64,000 nucleotides of DNA, taken from NCBI GenBank assembly GCA_024137785.1, contig JAHRHZ010000099.1, positions 1,131,262-1,195,261 of the forward strand. The letters run 5' to 3'. Both the position numbers and the translations under genes were made by a program. Source of the stretch: Ginglymostoma cirratum (taxonomy: Eukaryota). Within the stretch, counting starts at the first letter, position 1, and each line of letters starts with the position of its first letter. Positions 49,382-62,389 of this stretch are shown here, piece by piece. A model generated the notes under the pieces. The model worked only from the letters and a program-made list of their open reading frames with translations. It did no database searches and was not told the DNA's origin.

Positions 49382-52300
49382 ACGTGGTCGCAGATCCTGA
49401 AAAGGGATCGTTTTGTTTTTTTTTCTTCATGGTGAAGAGATGCTGCAATTCTTGGAGGTCAATTGTACGAGGTTAGGCGGGCGGGTGCCTGACTGTTACC
49501 AGATTACTCATGAGTCAGTGACAACACCATTTCCTTCACCATATTCACACCCTTTTAACTCTTTGATACTCCCACGTGGATAGATTTCCCTACACTCTCT
49601 CACCAACGCCCTCTACAGGTCCCATACCCCTCCTATTTGCACTGCCTTTCATGTCTCCACTGTCATCAGGTCTAGGGTGGGCGCATATCGCGCCGCCCAA
49701 GTCCGACGTCCGTTAGACAGAGAATAGAGGCATGGCACGTCCCTAACCTGACTGCCCACATCTAGTTTGACCATCCTAAGTAATGCCACCCTCTCCGCAG
49801 TTAACCACCTCAAATTTCACAGCACTGTACTCTCCTAACTCTGTCCCAGAGGAATCAGTGCATGTCTGCCCCCTTTTCTGTCCTTAGCACCATCTTGGTG
49901 AATCCCATATCTGATCTCTATTCATCATAATTTCCGGCTATTGCTCAGTGACTAATACATACTTCCACGTCTATTCAATGAGGCCATTGGCATTCACTCA
50001 ACATAGCGACCATTCTGAAGTACGTTGAGACTTGATGATTCACAGCTTCTAATAGGCTCAACATCGGCAAAGCTGTACCTTTGGAAACTTTCCCCAGAGC
50101 CTTAGTGTCTCTGATACAGATTTCAGCAACTTCCCTAGTTTCTTGCTCAGGGTAAACTAAATGATAGGCGACCTTGGGATCTGTTAAATCTCTTGGTGAA
50201 ATTTTACCCACTATTTGGCTCATGAGGAAGATCGCCTTCTTACATCTCTGGAATACACTACGTCTTTGAATTCTCGTCCTTTGTACAAATTGAGAGCCCG
50301 CCTTTGTTTCCTGTAAATTACTCGGGGATTTGTTTTCATCTGTCTAAAGAGAGGGATACAAGTGCAAGTTCTTGCTTTGAAAATGTTCGGAAGTTGCTGT
50401 TAATTCAATTATAACTTGCAATGTCAGAATATATACCCCGCTTGAATGTACACGATGCCTTGTATTATATACATGCAACCGTGAATAAAACGTAGTCAAA
50501 ACTATACTAATATTGGCGAGTTATTTAAGTTATTTAGTTTACCTGAATTTTCGGAAATTTGCACACTATTGTTGGAGTACGTCGGCAAAACGAACTGAAT
50601 GACTGCTTGTAACATTGATTTAACTATCTCCCTTCCTCCTTTATCTGTGGAACTTTGTTCTATTCTTAAATCAAAGCAAAATACTGCAGATACTGGAAGT
50701 CTGAAACAAACTCTGAAGAAGATTCACGGGGAGCTCGAAACATTAACTTTTTTCTCTGCCCAGGTGCTGCCAGACCTGCTGAGTTTCTCCAGCACTTCTT
50801 GTTTTTGTTACAGTTTTTATACTGATATCTGGGATCAAAAATACAGCCTTCTCCTACTAATGGTATTACTAGATGTTTGAGAAGCCAGCACCCGTTTTTT
50901 TTTCAATAAAGGGGAATGAGCATTCAAATTAGTAAGCAATTGATAAAAGCAGATAGCAATCAAACCAAAGATTACTTCCATCCAGAAGGACAAGTTCCCC
51001 TCCGAGCCATCCACCATCCTGACTTGGTAATATCGCCGTTCCTTCACTTTCGCTGGTCGAAATGCTGTAATTCCCTCCCTCATGGCATCGTGGGTCAACC
51101 CACAGCACGTGGACTGCAGCAGTTCAAGAAGGCAGCTCACCTCTACCTTCTCAAGGGCAATTAGGGATGGGCAAGAAATGCTGGCCAGCCAGCGACGCCC
51201 ACCAATAACTTTTTTTTTAAGTAAGAGCGCAACGATTTGCAATAGTGGAAGGCTGCAACGATCTTTGAGAGCTTATTGGCTTATGTTAAATGAGTAAATG
51301 GAACTACGAATATGATTAAGTATGGATAAACAAGAAACTAGACGACATGGAACTAAAAATAAGATAATTTTAATATTGAACATATTTGTCCTTCAGATCA
51401 TTCAGTAACTCTGCAAGTTTCTAAATAACTAGCGTTTCCTTAACTTCCAACAATTTGATTTGTAATGCACTACTCCCTGATTTGGACGGACTACTGCACA
51501 GTGATCATTGACAACGTTCAATGCGTTTTGGTTATTAGGACAGAAGGAAAGCATTGCTGACGCAGACGGAAAATAATCGAGAATTTCAATTTAGCGAATC
51601 CAGTTTCTTGAATACGTGCATTACCTCTTCAAACCATTAGAGTTGAAAAACAAAGTGGCGCTAAATCTGTGTTCTTTGTTGATTGACAAAATTCCATGTT
51701 ACCTATGGTAGCCGTGCAACAAATATAGATGAATAATTCAGCTTTATTTTATTCCGTGGTTTGTTCAATGAACATTGAATCATTTAACAGAAAATTATAA
51801 AGGAAACAGTATTTACCATATTAAATACTATGAAGTGAGTTGCTCAATTTAATCCCGGAGATGGACAAATTTCTTCACCCAGGGAGTGGTGAGCTTGCGG
51901 AATTCTCTGCCACAGAATGCGGAATTCTCTGCCACAGAAGGCGATTGGGGCGAAGTATTGAATATTTTCAAAGAGTTACTTATAGCTCTTCGGGTTAAAG
52001 GGGTCAAAGGGTATGGAAAAACAATGGGAGCAGGGTACTGAGTTGCTTGATCAGCCATGATAATATTGCATGATGGAGCAGACATGAAGGGCCAAATGGT
52101 CTACTCCTGTTCCTATTTTTAATGTTTCAATGGCATGGGAATGGATCCTTTGAAATTCTACAAAAGTGACTCTTTGAGGATAGAGTTTAATCAAGTGCCA
52201 ATTTGTTTTATAATTGGCAAATTGAGAATTTAGAATGATAGAAATTTATGGCGCAGGAAGACACCATTCAGCATATTGCGTTTGTGCAGAGAGCTAAAAA

Positions 52301-53085
52301 GCAGTGACCAAGCTTAAGCTCATTTTCAGTTTTTGGTCCATTATCTTATAAATAAGTACTTCCAAAGCTTATCCAAGAATTTTTGAAAGCATTCAGGTTT
52401 ATGCTTCTATCATCTTTTCATGCACTGAGTTCCTTGGCACCCCCATCAACATTTTCCTCAACTCTCATTTATTTCTTTACCCAGTTATTTTCTCTCCCTT
52501 ATTATTGACGACCTTGATAAGGGGGAAAAGTCGGTCCCTGCTGTCCGCTCTGTCTGGCCCCCTCATTGTTTGCTGTATATCAATTAAATCTCTGTTCAGC
52601 CTTCTCTGTTCCAAAACGAACAACCACAGCCTAAACAATCTTTATTCATAGCCGATTTCTCCATTCTTGCCAACATCTTGGGAAACCTTATCCGTGTTAT
52701 TACAATGGATTACATCCATTAGTAAAGGGCAGCCAGAACTTCTCACACTCTCATTGTGATCTAACTAGTGTCTTACGCATTTCTAGCATAACTTCCTTGC
52801 TGTTACACTCCATATCTCCCTTGTTAACTGAAGGATGCCTTCTTTCGTTTTAATCAACCTGTTTGGAAATGTTATGTCACACCTCCGTGCCAGGTGGAAC
52901 TTGAACTCCGACCTTCTGTCTTAGAGGGGATCACTAACACAGTACCACAACAGCCACAAAAGCATGGACTGCAAGTTCAGAATTCAATTTAATATAATTT
53001 AGAAGGTGCCCAGGAAGTGGAATTAATTTAATTCAGCAGTCTTGCATATTTAATTTAATAAGCATTGTATTGCCCATCTGACCAA

Positions 53086-53914
53086 ACAGTTAATCTCTTC
53101 CGAGATGACAAGCATGGGGCTGGATGAACACAGCAGGTCAAGCAGCATCATAGGAGCAGGAAAACTTGACGTTTCGGGCCTAAACCCTTCATCAGAAATG
53201 GGGGAGGGGAAGAGGGTTCTGAAATAAATAGGGAGAGAGGGGGGGGCGGATAGAGGATGGATAGAGGAGAGGATAGGTGGAGAGGAGGCAGACAAGTTGA
53301 AGAGGCGGGGATGGAGCCAGTAAAGGTGAGCGTAGGTAGGGGGGTGGGGAGGAGATAGGTCAGTCCAGGGAGGACGGACAGGTCAAGGGGGCGGGATGAT
53401 GTTACTAGATAGGAGATGGGGGTGTGGCTTGAGGTGAGAGGAAAAACAGGTTAGGGAGGTGGAGATGAGCTAGGCTGGTTTTGGGATGCTGTTGGGGGAG
53501 GGGAGATTTTGAAGCTTGTGAAATCCACATTGATGCCATTGGGCTGCAGTGTTCCCAGGCTGAATATGATTTGCTGTTCCTGCAGCCTTCGGGTGGCATC
53601 ACTGTGGCATTGCAGCACCCCCCTGCCTACACTCACCTTTACTGGCTCCATCCCCGCCTCTTCGACTTGTCTGCCTCCTCTCCACCTATCCTCTCCTCTA
53701 TCCATCCTCTATCCACCTCCCCCTCTCTCCCTATTTATTTCAGAACCCTCTTCCCCTCCCCCATTTCTGATGAAGGGTCTAGGCCCGAAACGTCAAATTT
53801 TCCTGCTCCTCTGATGCTGCTTGACCTGCTGTGTTCATCCAGCCCCATGCTTGTTATCTCGGATTCTCCAGCATCTGCAGTACCTTTTATCCCTGACACA
53901 GTTAACCTCTTCCG
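53086..53914. mobile_element. Penelope-like retroelement insertion with inverted arms, GIY-YIG tail and hammerhead cores
   Basis: Inverted arms at about 53100-53346 and 53616-53862. The minus frame RRLQEQQIIFSLGTLQPNGINVDF resembles a PLE endonuclease C-terminus. TSD-like acagttaa(t/c)ctcttccg on both sides. Confidence 0.8.
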
Positions 53915-54522
53915 GTAATCTACAGCTTTTTTTTCTCACTACCAATCTCATTGCCAAATATGATATAATCTGCAATCATTTTAACCTCTTAATCTCCTTC
54001 ATTACCCTTCCCCCACACGTTTACATTTGAATCTTTAGTATTTACCATGAAATGGATTAGCCCTGAACCTGAACCCTGCGGAACCCCGCTGAGAATAATT
54101 GCCAGTGACAAAACACCAATCGACATTAGCCTTTTGTATCCTGTCACTGAGCCAATTTTAGATCCATCTTGTCTCTTGACTTGAATCCCTTGGGGTTTTG
54201 CTAGTCTGTTGTGTCTATTATTGCCAACTACCTTGCTAAAATCCTTGTTGCCTCCTCAACAAATTCAAACGAACTAAAACACGGCATTCCACTGGCAAAT
54301 TCATGAGGAGTGCTCTTGATTAATCCTATTCTTTCTAAATGTTGAATAATGCTGTCTCTCAATTTTTTCCCAATTCGTTTCTTGAGAAACATTTAACGCT
54401 ATTCTGTGCAATCTGGAGTAATTTGATTAGGTTAGTTGTACCACATTGATATTCGATGTGCATGAAGTGAATACAATGTGACAAAAAAAGGTAATTGGCG
54501 AAGGCGTTAACATTCCAGTACG

Positions 54523-54647
54523 TAGATAGATAGATAGTCAGACAGACGGACAGACAGCTGGATACATAAATAGATGGACGGATGGGTCGATAGATAGTTA
54601 GGTAGATAGACAGTCAGATAAGTAGCTGAACAGACAGATAGACGGAC
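54523..54647. repeat. Degenerate (GATA/GACA)n microsatellite
   Basis: tagatagatagatagtcagacagacggacagacag... Confidence 0.85.
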
Positions 54648-56729
54648 ATAATGATTCTACTCGGCTTCTTTTTCAAGCATGATGTCAGTCATAATTCAGA
54701 TCTCCGTTGGCCGCCTGGATTCTTTTGAAGCGTGTATGGTATTAATCTAAATATTTTGAACACTGGTTTCCGGTAGATATGATGCCAATTTATTTCCAAG
54801 TGAAGAACAAGGATGGAAGCTCTGTATGCGCCAGTAAACGCACGCAGAGAGCTGTGTGTTGGACAGGAGAATCTCTGTCGCTTGAAGAAAGTGTAACGGA
54901 AGCAACTTCTGTGCATGCGGCAAATTGAGAGTGGATTACCCTGTTGTTCAGGGAGAGGGATGGAGATGACAGTAATTGTGCAGGGTTGTGTTAGAGCGCT
55001 CCTTGGTTAATTTAATCAACAAAAAGGTTACTTTTCCATCAAGTCGTGCGGCAGTTGGAGACTGCACCTGAAAGGGCAACAGGCCTCTAAACAACTCCAG
55101 CAAGTTTAACTTAAAATCTTCAGGGGCGAGGAATTTCAGTTTTCATATCCCTGAGCCAGGTTTGTTGTCCCGCTGTAGGGTTAGCCCTCTGTAAGACTGA
55201 AGGGCGCAGAAGCAAATCTAGACTAGTTTGGAGTCCAAAACATTCAAACCCTAAAAGATGTTGAAACGATTATAACAGAGGTACTAAAATTACAAACCTC
55301 CTGGTCCAGATTTATAAAAGATTTATGGAATCGTGAAAGAAACAAAGACTGCATTTATGTAGTGCCTTTCACGTTAACTATTAAACACTGGTGAGATTTT
55401 GCAAGATTCAGAGCAAACCAGTGTACATCAAAATGTACTTAGGGTTTACCAATATAATCCAGGCAACTCCAAGCCTACAGAAAAGTACTGTCGCCTGCAG
55501 CGCTGCGAGTCCCAGTTCTTTTTCTACAGTGTGAGTCCCAGGTTGGCTGAGTAACTGAATAAGAAACAGTTGGCATGCTGTTAAAGGAGGAACAGAGGGC
55601 CTGGGAACTCCGCTTTGTTTCTTTGAGAACGCTAACAAAGTAAATAGTTTATTTGAACTTTCAGACGGACGTTTGGCGAAAGACCACAACAGTAACATTT
55701 GTTTCCAGATAATATCTTTAAGGCGGAATATAGAAAGGCGTTTAACGGAGAAGCAAATGTAGTGAAATAATGGAGGATGAGTTAGGAGCGAGGTCTGCAA
55801 GTATACTTGACAGGTGAAAGAAAGAACATTTTCATCTCCCCCAAACAAAATTGGCCGCTGTATTTGAGAATTGGCGAGTGGGTGTAAGTAGCCACATGAG
55901 TTGCATTTTAAATAGTATTTTGCCCTTGAGGGCACGAACGCGTTACTGGTGAACTGGGATATAGGTTACTGACTAGAAATGATGGATTGCTGAAATCGTT
56001 GCTGTCTGTCTGTCCAAGATATGTGATGGCAACCAACAAGCAACCGTGCTGTGTCTCACGGTTAGTATGCAGTATACATTTCGGAGACATGCTCGTAGTA
56101 TCCGCTATGTATCGCAGTGCGTCACTGAGTATAGAAAGGCGTCAGGCTCCACTTTCACTGAGACTATTGCATGTCAGGTTTGTGAAAGCCTGATCCCTTT
56201 CATAATCCAAAATTAGCTCAGTCACTGAAATGCATGTCATTGCATATTAATATTAATCAACACCTGAAATAATTTTAAAATGCCACCTTATATCTTGCGT
56301 TATGGGAGCCAACAGAAGCATTGCCCCAACAGGTACAAATACCCGACTGGAGGCAAACTCCACACCTCTGCGGAAGTTGAAGACACGCTTCCTGGAAGGG
56401 CATGCTTAGAACGGTTACCGGAAATAGGTGAGAATTGAATGGGAGAGAACACAGGAGGAAGTCTGCGTTTGAACTCATCACAACATGAACCACGAATTAA
56501 CAACAAAATAGAGCAAGGAACTGCGGATGCTGGAAATCGGAAACAAAACAAACAGAAATTGTTGGCGAAACTTAGCAGATCTGGCAGCAAATGTGCGGAG
56601 AAAGCAGAATTAAAGTTTTCCAGTCCGGTGACTCTCCATCGGGACTGATAATGAATTTCTGTTTTTTGACGTGAACCAGCAAAGTGAGGTATACATTCCA
56701 GCAAAATTATCAGTTCTAAGAGGCTAAGA

Positions 56730-57260
56730 TCTAGTCCCATTTGTCAGCATTTGGCCCATATCCCTGTAAATCCGTCCTGTTCATGAACCCACCCAGATGC
56801 CTTTTAAATGTTGCAACTGTACCCACCTCCTGTGGCAGCACATTCCATACACACATTCACCTCTGCACGAAAAAGTTACCCCTCAGGTCCCTGGTAAATC
56901 TTTTTCTTTTTAGCTTAAACCTATGAGCTCTAGTTTTGGAATCCCCTACTGTGAGAAAAAGACCTTGGCTATTCACCCCATCCACACCTCTCATGATTTT
57001 ATAAACCTCAATAAGGTCACCCCTCAACCTCCGACGCTCCAGGGAAAATAGCCCCAGCCTATTCAGCCTCTCCCTATAGCTCAAACCCTCCAATCCCGGC
57101 ACTATCATTGGAATCTTTCTTGAAACCCTTTCAAGTTTCACAACATCTCTCCTATAGCAGGGCGGCCAGATGTGAAGGCAGTATTCGAAAAGTGGCCTCA
57201 CCAATGTCCTGTGCGCTGCAACGTGATGTCTCAACTCCTATGCTCAATTGCTCTCTCCCA
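56730..57260 (-). mobile_element. CR1-like LINE 3' part (other fragments at about 3830-4140, 30810-31060, 32690-33035, 34430-35000, 46000-46760, 51860-52860, 63190-63870)
   Basis: ORF contains LSYRERLNRLGLFSLERRRLRGDLIEVYKIM, a canonical CR1 motif. Confidence 0.9.
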
Positions 57261-59460
57261 ATTTCAGGCTCCCGCAATGTTCTTTCCTTAAATTTGTGAT
57301 CTCTAGTTGGTGGATATTCCTCTTGGTGGCTGTGTATTCGCAACATGATAAGCTTCATGAGAATTGTTTTCTCCGATTCCTTTAAACATAAGAGGTGAAA
57401 ACACTGCTCAATCGCCTTAACATTCGCCACTCAAAATAGCCATCAAGTTTACAGAGACTGTCCATCATTCTTTATACAATGTTTATTCTTCCTATTCCCA
57501 CCTCCCTTCCCCCCCCCCCCCCCCCCCCCACCGCCAAACGCTTTCCTTTAACTCTATGAAAGTAACCTTCTTGATGTAGAGCCATAGAGATCTGCAGCAC
57601 AGAACAAAGGCCCTTCAACCCATCGAGTCTGTTCCGGTCAAATACAATAATTATTCCATTCCTTGTGTGTTTATCTAATATTTTGACACAACTACCCCTT
57701 GTAATGTCAATCTCACATTCCAACCGTGTTCTGGGTAAATCGTTATTGCTTGAAATCTTTTTATTTAGATTCACAGGTGACCAACTTATGCTTATAGCCC
57801 TGGGTTTTGGTCTCTCTCGCATTTCAAATAGATTTGCTATTTTTAACCTGTCGATCATTTTTACTTTTTCCCCGATCGTTATCAACTGGCTGATCCTCTT
57901 TTCTGCAGGAAAAGAACAAACTGAGAGGTGTCTCGATGGTATTAACCCAATGGTGATCGGGAAAATCAGCCTGCAGGGTGCACCTCAACTGTGGTCTGTT
58001 AATTTGAGAGCTCGGGGACTCCCCCATTCATAGGAACCCAGTGCCTGTACGTGGGACCTAGCATCGAGAGAGATTCGGGAGCAAATCCTGCTTGGAACCA
58101 TCTCAATTCCTTTCTGCCGATCCCATCCCGCAGTTAAGCACATTTACAGCCAGCAGCCACAGTCTGCCGGTGGCGCTGATGTTTGATAGAATTTGCCCGC
58201 AGTTGATTGGCCGGCAGCTCTGAGCTTGCAGAATATCAGCCCCTGGTGGATGCTCTATCCTGGGAAAGACCCGCTGCTACACAGTGAACTGATTGAGAGG
58301 CACCTAATGTGGCAGATCCATCCGAGGACAGGGAAAGGCGGACACAAAAATAAGTGGCAGTTCGCTCTCACTGCAAACTGGCACGCCTAAAGGCATCAAG
58401 CAATGTAGAGATGCGAGTACAGATGGAAGTCAGACGGGAGCTGGGTTCACAGACCAATTTGACAGCATTGAGGCTAACAAAATGGCGCGAGTTACATTTG
58501 AAACATACTCCACCACATTTTCTCCTTTCCCTGCCCTTTTACCAACGTCCCCCATTTACCCTTGACACGTCCAAAATGATCATTTTTCTCCCGTTTATTA
58601 TCCTTGAATGGTCTCCTTTACCTTTGACCCTATAAACACCACCCTTTGTATGCCATCTCTACCCTCTAATCCCATACCCATTATCATCTCCATGCCAGCC
58701 CTGGCACGTACCAATATCTGCATCACCTGTGAATGTATTCCTAAGACCTGGAATGAGACCAGCAGTAACCGACTATTACCCTGGGCTTGACACCCTTCTG
58801 TTTCCCAATTCCCACCCTCTCATTGTCACTGTTCCTGTTTCTGCCCAGTGCCTTAGTTCACGCCCTAGCCAACACTGACGCTTCCCTCTAGGGCCATCTC
58901 TGTCCTACCAACTCTAACTGGAAAGTCCCTCTCTCACCCATTCAAAGGATGCCCAACACCCAAGATTTAGAATTAGACGTTATTGTCACGTGTACTCAAG
59001 TACAGGGATACAGGAGTCCAATGAAAAGTGTACAATGCAGCCACTCCCGGCCCCATCTTAGATACAAATGTGCAAAATCTTAGGTGCAAAGTAGAAAGAT
59101 AAAGAAACAAAGTTAAAAGTTAAACATCACTGCCCTTCTTAGTATTAAGTAGAAAAATAAAGTTAAAATTTACATATTACAGTCCTGAGTATAAACTAGA
59201 AAAATAAAGTAATAAAGAAATGAAAGATAAGAGGCCCTTTCCTCCTTGTCTCCCTCTCTGAACGCACTCCCTCCCTTGGTTAACCTCCCTACCCGAATCT
59301 TCCTGCTTTTCCATTCGGGACTCCTTCCTTCCCTCTGCCAGCCTCATTACTGCGGAATTTCTGCTCCCGATTCCCGGGACAGCCTCCTTGCCTTGAACTC
59401 CTTACACTGCCTCTACCGGTTCTCCATCATGGATCTTAAAAAAGGGGGGGGGGGGAAAGT

Positions 59461-60065
59461 CCCCTCTTCACTCTAAGATAACAAGGTGTGGAGCTGGATG
59501 AACGCAGCAGGCCAAGCAGCATCNNNNNNNNNNNNNNNNNNNNNNNNNNNNNNNNNNNNNNNNNNNNNNNNNNNNNNNNNNNNNNNNNNNNNNNNNNNNN
59601 NNNNNNNNNNNNNNNNNNNNNNNNNNNNNNNNNNNNNNNNNNNNNNNNNNNNNNNNNNNNNNNNNNNNNNNNNNNNNNNNNNNNNNNNNNNNNNNNNNNN
59701 NNNNNNNNNNNNNNNNNNNNNNNNNNNNNNNNNNNNNNNNNNNNNNNNNNNNNNNNNNNNNNNNNNNNNNNNNNNNNNNNNNNNNNNNNNNNNNNNNNNN
59801 NNNNNNNNNNNNNNNNNNNNNNNNNNNNNNNNNNNNNNNNNNNNNNNNNNNNNNNNNNNNNNNNNNNNNNNNNNNNNNNNNNNNNNNNNNNNNNNNNNNN
59901 NNNNNNNNNNNNNNNNNNNNNNNTAGGCCCGAAACGTCAAACTTTCCTGCTCCTGTGATGCTGCTTGGCCTGCTGCGTTCATCCAGCTCCACACCTTGTT
60001 ATCTCGGATTCTCCAGCATCTGCAGTACCTACTATCTCTGATACAATTACCCCTCTTCACTCTAA
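59461..60065. mobile_element. Palindromic Penelope-derived insert spanning an assembly gap
   Basis: Inverted arms on either side of the Ns; TSD cccctcttcactctaa at 59461-76 and 60050-65. Confidence 0.75.
59524..59923. other. Assembly gap (400 N)
   Basis: Run of N. Confidence 1.
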
Positions 60066-61502
60066 CCTCAGGAAATTGGCTACTTCATCCTCTGCCCACC
60101 GTTTATAAGCAGCTGGGAGTCTGAAGTTACCGAGAGCATGTACAAAATATTATTGGGAAGAGGAACTTAATTCTGGGGAAATAGCATTTTAATGAGCGTG
60201 GTGTGCAAATGAACGCAAAATGACCTCCCCACACTTGCCTGAACTGAATAGGGGGTCGTTTGATCCCGCGGTTAGGAAGCTGATTTTTTGATCTCCGGCT
60301 TTATTGAAATTCCCTCCCGCGTTGGAGCCCCCTGCCTTGAGAGTAGCACAAGACCCGCTTTAGGTTTAAACCATTGAGATTACTGCGCGCTGGGTATCAC
60401 ACACTGGTCGGAAAGTTAGGGCCAGGGCATCCTGGGAGAACACGTCCTCACCACTCCACCTTAACTCCAGGAGGAAATCTCCCTCACAGATGAACGACAC
60501 TCGTTCAAGGAAGGTGGACAATGCGGCGTTTTTGCGGTTCTGTTCGACACATTAGAACTTTTAACGTACTCGTGCAAAATGCGTGTGAGACGAAGAGAAA
60601 TCATTACTGTCGCATGGGGAACCTAGAACCACTACCTTAAACGTCAATACCTTCTTCATTGTTCATTTCCTTCTGGAGTGGTCCATGTTTTTCATGCAGT
60701 GTGCACTCCAGAAGCACTTTATTTACAGAATCGTTATTTATTAAGCTTTTCACGAAAGTACAAATAATCCTGATCAAGAAGACAGATCAACTTTCCATCC
60801 ATGCCACAACGTAAGAGGGAGGAACCTGGAGAAAGCTCTCCTACCAAACTCATGGGTATTAGTCCAGAAACTGGACATTTCACTGCGATTATGTTGATAT
60901 AGCATTGAGAAGCTCAACAAGTATTGTTAAAACATGGGGCTTGTATATGACAAAGCACAGATAAGTGACTGCTTAATGCTTTTATTAAACTACCCAACTC
61001 TCCAACATGAAAAAATCCAACTATAATTATTAGAGGGTTTCTGTTAACCCTTTTATAACCACCGCCATGTAATCATGGGTGTTACTTAGAACTAAACTTG
61101 AAGATCGGCTCTCATAAATGGTAAGAGAAAGCGAAACTCCTCCGACCAATTTATAAAGGTGATCATGAGGACATTTTTGTTTAAAGTATCTGGAGTACCA
61201 GGTCTGTTTGTTCTCACATTGCAAAATACATTACCCAGTTTACTGAGTATCCCTTTGCTAACAAAATACAAACTTGTACGTTCTGAGACAGATTCCTTTC
61301 AATCTCTGACGCACTTTTAACAAGAATCGAAATGGAGAAATTTCTCCTACGCACTTTTTGTCGTTATTTCAACTACTGTAGACATTCACTGTGAATATAC
61401 AGAGACATTATTAAGTATTGTACAAATGTTGTAATACACGGCTCCCATATGATATCATACAGGTAAAGATCAGAAATATTCTTTAAATAAACTGACAATC
61501 TC

Positions 61503-62389
61503 CTTCAATGTGAAGGTTTTAATCAGACTGCTTCCACTTTGGAATACTGTTTTTCGCCAGAGTACATCTCTGGTTTTGCCTGTCTAATTTATCGTTAAGG
61601 TCTTTCCCTCAGTCTGTAAAATGTCCATTCCTCATTTTGTACCTCTGTCAGGTTGTCCCGACATGCGGTGCTGAATACTAGGCCTAAACGAATGGAAAAT
61701 ACGTAGGCCCTGTCTGGTCTTCCATATCGGTGAAGTCATTTCATAAATTCTGATTGGAAATCATCTCCCGCTGACATTAAGAGTCGAACCCGCTGGATTC
61801 TCGATTCTGAATCACACGGCTAAGAGCTAAAACAAAAACAACGAAAACATGAGTGATACACTCTGATTGGGAGGATGAAATGATTGTAAAGGTACTCTTT
61901 ACAAATCTTGTATGTAAGGCACTCAATGCCTTACCATGAATCCAGCTGTTGATTTTAATCGTGTCAGGCCGTTCTCTCTCATTCCCAGCCTGCTACTGCG
62001 CAAAGGCTCGAATCGGTATTTGTTTCTGAATTTGTTTCAAGCGCAATGCTGCAAACCAGAGGTACAACAAGCTCCTGTCATCCTCTGCCTCTTCTCTCTG
62101 TCGCCGAGAACTATAGAAAAAGAGCGAACATCTTTGTGATTCAGCAAAAGTCCGAGATTTCTAAATGACGCAATGTAAATACCATAATAATTAAAAACGT
62201 AGAATACTATATTAATCGAACATATTCTAAATATAATCATACCTTGTGTTGTTAGTTTAGAGACTCCATTTCCAAATTCTCTCTCCAAACGACGGTGATA
62301 TTCTTACAGGCACTCAGTGATCTCTGTGCAGTGGAACCTAAAAGCTCCCGTCTGCTGCTGCTCTGACTTTAACATCTCCTGCATTTATA
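61503..62389 (-). pseudogene. HES5-derived locus C (pseudogene or lncRNA): exon 1 ends 62243, exon 2 62110-61935, exon 3 from 61826
   Basis: Donors gtatg and gtaagg, acceptors tttctatag and tgttttag. Exon 2 is 176 bp (178 in the coding gene) with frameshifted bHLH traces (gag aag agg cag agg). The first ATG gives only MESLN*. Shares the 3' hairpins. Confidence 0.75.

Noticed and set aside
51897-51939. Short direct repeats (22-bp unit here, 34-bp unit at 26067) as a possible array
   Set aside because: Only two units each, inside CR1 fragments and without spacers; simple slippage duplications, not CRISPR-like.
55408-55935. 175-aa ORF (also 57472-57885 and 57665-58033)
   Set aside because: Non-ATG starts, no domain similarity that I recognise, and no supporting splice structure.
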